Shown: one piece after another, positions 57,919 to 64,000 of the stretch
Layout of the letters: each line of letters opens with the position of its first letter
How positions within the stretch are numbered: the stretch's first letter is position 1
Source of the DNA: Escherichia coli
GTDB taxonomy: Bacteria; Pseudomonadota; Gammaproteobacteria; Enterobacterales; Enterobacteriaceae
NCBI RefSeq assembly: GCF_003334355.1
Contig: NZ_QOWP01000009.1
DNA: 64,000 nt
Strand: one strand, 5' to 3'
The notes under the pieces: generated by a model
Databases searched by the model: none
The model's input: only the letters and a program-made list of their open reading frames with translations
What the model was told of the DNA's origin: nothing
Position numbers and translations under genes: made by a program

Positions 57919-59424
57919 TCACGACGCCAGCGACAGCTTCTGCTGCGTATACTCCACCAGCCACTGACTCACACGAGATTGTTGATCCGCATTTAGCCAC
58001 ATGCCTTGTTTTGTGCGACGCCACAGGGCGTCGTCGGCGCGGCGGACCCATTCGTGATCCACCAGGTATTTCAGCTCCGCTTCGTAGAACTCATGACCGA
58101 AATCTTCCCCGAGATCGCTTACCGTTCCCGCATTGCCGAGCAGCAGCTCGCTGTTGCTGCCGTAAGTGCGAGCGTAATGACGCGCCAGCGATTCAGTCAG
58201 GAACGGATAGCGGCGGCGCAGGCGAGCGGCATAATCGTCGCGGTCGCCTTCAATGGCGCCACCCGGTAGCACACTCTCTTTCGTCCATGCCGGGCCAATA
58301 CCCTGATAATACGGCGTTAGTTTTTCCAGCGCATGTTCCGCCAGTTTTCGGTAGGTGGTCAGCTTACCGCCGAATACCGACAGCAGCGGTGCTTTGCCAT
58401 TTTCATCATGAATATCAAGGGTGTAATCACGGGTAATAGCCTGCGGCGAGTCGGACTCATCATCACACAGCGGACGCACACCGGAGTAGGTCCAGACGAT
58501 ATCGTCACGGCTTAACTGCTTTTTAAAGTGCGTGTTATACACATTCAGCAGGTAATTGATTTCACTCTCTTCAATCTTCACCGCTTTCGGATCGCCTTTG
58601 TACTCGACATCGGTAGTGCCGATGATGGAAAACTCGTCCATCCACGGGATCACGAACACAATACGTTTATCTTCGTTTTGCAGAATGTAGGCTTGCTTCT
58701 GGGTATGCACGCGCGGCACCACAATATGGCTGCCTTTGATCAGGCGAATGCCATAAGGCGAAGGCAGATGCATCCCGTCGTCGAAGAACTGTTTCACCCA
58801 CGGGCCGGTGGCGTTAACCAAGCCGCGCGCTTGCCAGCTATATTTTTTGCCGGTATCGATATCTTCCGCTTCCACAATCCACAGGCCGTTTTCGCGGCGA
58901 GCAGAGGTGGCGCGAGTCCGAGTAAGCACTTCGCCGCCTTTACGCACCACCATCTGGGCGTTGGCGAGTACCAGACGGGCGTCGTCTACCCAACAGTCAG
59001 AATATTCGAATCCGCGCTTAATTTCCGGTTTTAACACTGAATTTGCGCCAAAACGCAAACCAGTTGATCCCGGCAAGCTGGTGCGTTTACCCAGATGATC
59101 GTACATAAACAGACCAATGCGAATCATCCACGCCGGGCGCAGATGCGGACGATGTGGCAGGCGAAAACGCATCGGGAAGGCGATATGCGGGGCCATTTTC
59201 AGCAGCACTTCACGTTCAGCCAGCGCCTCGCTGACCAGGCGGAATTCATAGTGCTCAAGGTAGCGCAGGCCACCGTGAATGAGTTTTGAACTGGCGGAAG
59301 AGGTCGCGCAAGCGAGATCCTGCGCCTCCAGCATCAGCACGGATAAACCGCGTCCAGCGGCGTCTGCCGCGATACCAGCACCATTGATGCCGCCCCCTAT
59401 CACAATCAGATCTTTGGTTTCCAT
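57919..59424 (-). CDS. glpD: Aerobic glycerol-3-phosphate dehydrogenase GlpD
   Basis: ORF track 57919..59439; start at internal Met (METKDLIVIGGGINGAG, FAD-binding GxGxxG) gives 501 aa. Confidence 0.94.
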   Translation of the reverse strand: METKDLIVIGGGINGAGIAADAAGRGLSVLMLEAQDLACATSSASSKLIHGGLRYLEHYEFRLVSEALAEREVLLKMAPHIAFPMRFRLPHRPHLRPAWMIRIGLFMYDHLGKRTSLPGSTGLRFGANSVLKPEIKRGFEYSDCWVDDARLVLANAQMVVRKGGEVLTRTRATSARRENGLWIVEAEDIDTGKKYSWQARGLVNATGPWVKQFFDDGMHLPSPYGIRLIKGSHIVVPRVHTQKQAYILQNEDKRIVFVIPWMDEFSIIGTTDVEYKGDPKAVKIEESEINYLLNVYNTHFKKQLSRDDIVWTYSGVRPLCDDESDSPQAITRDYTLDIHDENGKAPLLSVFGGKLTTYRKLAEHALEKLTPYYQGIGPAWTKESVLPGGAIEGDRDDYAARLRRRYPFLTESLARHYARTYGSNSELLLGNAGTVSDLGEDFGHEFYEAELKYLVDHEWVRRADDALWRRTKQGMWLNADQQSRVSQWLVEYTQQKLSLAS

Positions 59425-59457
59425 GCTGCCCTCATTCACTTTCGTTAAAGCTCATAA

Positions 59458-59475
59458 ATGTTCGTTATCGAACAT
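59458..59475. promoter_or_regulatory. GlpR operator in the glpD/glpE divergent control region
   Basis: Perfect inverted repeat ATGTTCG-TTAT-CGAACAT, matching the GlpR operator half-site TGTTCGAT-like consensus, 34-51 bp upstream of the glpD start. Confidence 0.6.
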
Positions 59476-59535
59476 ATTAGCAAAGAATCGCGCTTTAGGT
59501 AACATTGAAAAAACATTTTAGAGTGATATGTATAA

Positions 59536-59940
<405 letters not shown>

Positions 59941-59972
59941 CGCTTTATACTGTCCCCTTTTGTGTGGAATAA

Positions 59973-60815
<843 letters not shown>

Positions 60816-60831
60816 TTCCAGGGATTTATAA

Positions 60832-61590
60832 ATGAAACAAACACAACGTCACAACGGTATTATCGAACTGGTTAAACAGCAGGGTTATGTCAGTACCGAA
60901 GAGCTGGTAGAGCATTTCTCCGTCAGCCCGCAGACTATTCGCCGCGACCTCAATGAGCTGGCGGAGCAAAACCTGATCCTGCGCCATCATGGCGGTGCGG
61001 CGCTGCCTTCCAGTTCGGTTAACACGCCGTGGCACGATCGCAAGGCCACCCAGACCGAAGAAAAAGAGCGCATCGCCCGCAAAGTGGCGGAGCAAATCCC
61101 CAATGGCTCGACGCTGTTTATCGATATCGGCACCACGCCGGAAGCGGTAGCGCACGCACTGCTCAATCACAGCAATTTGCGCATTGTCACCAACAATCTC
61201 AACGTTGCTAACACGTTGATGGTAAAAGAAGATTTTCGCATCATTCTCGCCGGTGGCGAATTACGCAGCCGCGATGGCGGGATCATTGGCGAAGCGACGC
61301 TCGATTTTATCTCCCAGTTCCGCCTTGATTTCGGCATTCTGGGGATAAGCGGCATCGATAGCGACGGCTCGCTGCTGGAGTTCGATTACCACGAAGTTCG
61401 CACCAAACGCGCCATTATTGAGAACTCGCGCCACGTTATGCTGGTTGTCGATCACTCGAAATTTGGCCGTAACGCGATGGTCAATATGGGCAGCATCAGC
61501 ATGGTAGATGCCGTCTACACCGACGCCCAGCCGCCAGTAAGCGTGATGCAGGTGCTGACGGACCACCATATTCAACTGGAGCTGTGCTGA
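60832..61590 (+). CDS. glpR: Glycerol-3-phosphate regulon repressor GlpR (DeoR family)
   Basis: 252 aa ORF with N-terminal DeoR HTH (ELVEHFSVSPQTIRRDLNEL). Confidence 0.93.
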   Translation: MKQTQRHNGIIELVKQQGYVSTEELVEHFSVSPQTIRRDLNELAEQNLILRHHGGAALPSSSVNTPWHDRKATQTEEKERIARKVAEQIPNGSTLFIDIGTTPEAVAHALLNHSNLRIVTNNLNVANTLMVKEDFRIILAGGELRSRDGGIIGEATLDFISQFRLDFGILGISGIDSDGSLLEFDYHEVRTKRAIIENSRHVMLVVDHSKFGRNAMVNMGSISMVDAVYTDAQPPVSVMQVLTDHHIQLELC

Positions 61591-63170
61591 TCCTGCAATG
61601 CTTCCCAGGTCAGACCAAAACGCGCCAGGTATTTGCGTAGCCGATCCGCGTCATTGACGCTGGCTTTGCCCTGGCGCGAAACATCAAAAAGCTGTCGTCC
61701 GGCAGCAGAAAGCGACTTTGCCTGGCGGCAGATAGCGATAACGTGTTCCAGTTGCATACGGTCGAAGAGATCGATGTTTTCTGCCTCTGCGCCCAGCAGT
61801 TGCGTAAGCGCGGAGGGACGGCTCTCCTGCCAGTTATAGCGCAGACGGTTTATCTCATCTTCAACCACGTCCAGAGTGATGCGTCCGCTAGTGGCAAAGG
61901 TTGCCATCCGCGTGACGCTGGCAGAAAGCTCGCGAAAGTTACCGCGCCATGTCGCCTGAGGAGATGTTGCAAAGGCCAGCCAGGCACGCCGCGCTTCGGT
62001 GTTAAAACGCACGCTGTCGCCGGTGAGTGAGGCGTGGCGCTCCACTTCATAATCCAGGTTAGGTTCAATATCTTCCTGGCGCTGGCGTAGCCCCGGCAGG
62101 GTGAAGGTCCAGAGATTGATCCGCGCGTACAGATCTTCGCGGAATTTGCCTTCGGCAACCAGCTGGCGCAAATCGCGCACCGTTCCGGCGATAAGCTGAA
62201 AATCACTGCTCACCTGGCGATCGCTGCCAAACGGGTAAAAGGTTTTCTCTTCAATGGCTTTTAGCAGCATTGCTTGTTCGTCTGCGCCCAGTTCGCCAAT
62301 CTCATCAAGAAACAACATTCCGCCGTTGGCGCTGCGTAATAAACCTTCACGAGATTCCCGCGCCCCGGTAAACGCGCCTTTTACATGACCAAACAGCGTC
62401 GACATGGCGGTATCGCCGCGCAGGGTGGCGCAGTTCACTTCCACAAACGCGCCGCTAAACTGACGCCGCGCCTGTTTTAACTCGAAGATGCGTCGCGCCA
62501 GAAATGACTTGCCCGCGCCGGTTGGACCGTTAAGCAGAATCGGCGCGCGGGATTTGATCGCCACTTTTTCGATCTGCTCAATCATGCGGTTGAAGTGGGG
62601 GTTACGCGTGGCAATGCCGGACTTAAGAAAATCAAGCGTTTGCTGGCGTTCCTCGGCAAAGCGGCTGGCGATGGCGTTATAACGGCTTAAATCGAGATCG
62701 ATAATCGTCACTTCACCTGCGCCGCGCGGCTGTTCTTTTTTGCGCGGAGGTGAAGATTGTATCAGCCGGGCGGGCAGGTAACGCGCTTCCGCCAGCAGAA
62801 ACCAGCAAATCTGCGCGACGTGGGTGCCGGTGGTAATGTGAATTAAATAGTCTTCTTTTTCTGGCTGAAACTCGTAACCACGGGCGAAATCATGCAGGCA
62901 AGCGTAAACCTCTTCGAAATCCCACGGGTTATGCAGTTCAATCTCAACGCTCACCACTTCTGTTTCTGGCGAAACGCTGGCGATATCGCGTTTAAGCGTT
63001 TCAAATAGCGAGCGCGAGCGGGCGTCATGCAATAATTCCAGTCGATCGATGACCAACGATTCTTGCTGGCATAAACAGAGTGTCGGAAGCCATTTCGACC
63101 AGCGCTGACTGCCGCGCCCGGCATAATCCAGCACGGTACCGACAAAGCCAAAAGCCACTGTTTTACGCAT
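61572..63170 (-). CDS. rtcR: Sigma54-dependent transcriptional activator RtcR
   Basis: 532 aa ORF with AAA+ bEBP core (GPTGAGKS Walker A, GAFTGA sigma54-contact motif); divergent from rtcB. Confidence 0.93.
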   Translation of the reverse strand: MRKTVAFGFVGTVLDYAGRGSQRWSKWLPTLCLCQQESLVIDRLELLHDARSRSLFETLKRDIASVSPETEVVSVEIELHNPWDFEEVYACLHDFARGYEFQPEKEDYLIHITTGTHVAQICWFLLAEARYLPARLIQSSPPRKKEQPRGAGEVTIIDLDLSRYNAIASRFAEERQQTLDFLKSGIATRNPHFNRMIEQIEKVAIKSRAPILLNGPTGAGKSFLARRIFELKQARRQFSGAFVEVNCATLRGDTAMSTLFGHVKGAFTGARESREGLLRSANGGMLFLDEIGELGADEQAMLLKAIEEKTFYPFGSDRQVSSDFQLIAGTVRDLRQLVAEGKFREDLYARINLWTFTLPGLRQRQEDIEPNLDYEVERHASLTGDSVRFNTEARRAWLAFATSPQATWRGNFRELSASVTRMATFATSGRITLDVVEDEINRLRYNWQESRPSALTQLLGAEAENIDLFDRMQLEHVIAICRQAKSLSAAGRQLFDVSRQGKASVNDADRLRKYLARFGLTWEALQDQHSSS

Positions 63171-63304
63171 CTTAGATATCCTTATAAAAGACGATATTTC
63201 ATTATCGGTGAATTGGTTTTGTGGAAAATCTCCGTTTACGGACGTAAAGATTTAACCTATTTAAAAACAATGAATTAAAAAATTAATCTGCTTATTTAAT
63301 TTTC

Positions 63305-63320
63305 TGGCACGACGGTTGCA
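63305..63320 (+). promoter_or_regulatory. Sigma54 (-24/-12) promoter of rtcB
   Basis: TGGCAC-N5-TTGCA (TGGCACGACGGTTGCA), a perfect match to the sigma54 consensus, about 40 bp upstream of the rtcB start and adjacent to divergent rtcR. Confidence 0.85.
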
Positions 63321-63358
63321 ATTATCACGACAGCAAACAACGAAAAGAGAAAAACAAA

Positions 63359-64000
63359 ATGAATTACGAATTACTGACCACTGAAAATGCCCCGGTAAAA
63401 ATGTGGACCAAAGGCGTGCCGGTAGAAGCCGATGCGCGTCAGCAACTTATTAATACGGCGAAGATGCCGTTTATTTTCAAACACATTGCGGTAATGCCTG
63501 ATGTACACCTGGGTAAAGGTTCCACCATTGGTAGCGTGATCCCGACCAAAGGGGCGATTATTCCGGCGGCGGTGGGCGTGGATATTGGCTGTGGAATGAA
63601 CGCGCTGCGTACCGCGTTAACGGCGGCAGACCTGCCTGAAAACCTGGCAGAGCTGCGTCAGGCGATTGAAACGGCCGTGCCGCACGGGCGTACCACTGGC
63701 CGTTGTAAACGTGATAAAGGCGCATGGGAAAACCCGCCTGTTAACGTCGATGCGAAATGGGCTGAGCTTGAAGCCGGTTATCAGTGGTTAACGCAAAAAT
63801 ATCCCCGTTTCCTGAATACCAATAACTATAAACACCTGGGAACGCTGGGAACCGGTAACCACTTTATTGAAATCTGCCTTGATGAGTCGGAGCAGGTGTG
63901 GATTATGCTGCACTCCGGTTCACGCGGAATTGGTAACGCCATCGGGACTTACTTTATCGATCTGGCACAAAAAGAGATGCAGGAAACGCTTGAGACGTTG
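63359..64000 (+). CDS. rtcB: RNA-splicing ligase RtcB, N-terminal part (runs off window end)
   Basis: ORF from ATG 63359 (MNYELLTTENAPVKMWTKGVPVEADARQQL...) continues to the window end. Confidence 0.9.
   Translation, partial: MNYELLTTENAPVKMWTKGVPVEADARQQLINTAKMPFIFKHIAVMPDVHLGKGSTIGSVIPTKGAIIPAAVGVDIGCGMNALRTALTAADLPENLAELRQAIETAVPHGRTTGRCKRDKGAWENPPVNVDAKWAELEAGYQWLTQKYPRFLNTNNYKHLGTLGTGNHFIEICLDESEQVWIMLHSGSRGIGNAIGTYFIDLAQKEMQETLETL

Overview
This window reads as a contiguous Escherichia coli chromosomal segment, in reverse orientation relative to the usual K-12 map: rhs (5' end) - nikRnikEDCBA - acpT - yhhT/yhhS - dcrB - yhhQ - tusA - zntA - yhhN/M/L - rsmD - ftsYEX - rpoH - livJ - panM - livKHMGF - ugpBAECQ - yhhA - ggt - yrhB - yrhA/yhhZ - yhhY - ryhB - yhhX - yhhW - gntRKU - yhgN - asd - glgBXCAP - an accessory locus - glpD - glpEGR - rtcR - rtcB (3' truncated). 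Gene identities rest on my reading of the translated ORFs and recalled gene order, not on a database search; several start codons were moved to internal Met/TTG positions to match expected protein lengths. Most of the window is conserved housekeeping and transport operons with recognisable regulatory sites (NikR, ZntR, GlpR operators, Fur box plus ryhB sRNA, sigmaE promoter of rpoH, sigma54 promoter of rtcB, CsrA hairpin in the glgC leader, REP/BIME repeats). Two accessory regions stand out. (1) An AT-rich islet at about 34.6-36.9 kb encoding YhhZ, an Hcp-domain protein fused to a C-terminal HNH nuclease motif, translationally coupled to a downstream small gene (yrhA), which looks like an orphan type VI effector/immunity pair; from memory, K-12 has an IS1 here that this sequence lacks. 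(2) A roughly 3.4 kb locus between glgP and glpD (54.5-57.9 kb) with two tandem paralogous PstS-like periplasmic binding domains and paralogous multi-pass membrane segments, one gene apparently frameshifted at a T7 tract and one interrupted by an in-frame TGA. No rRNA, tRNA, CRISPR array or intact IS element was recognised.
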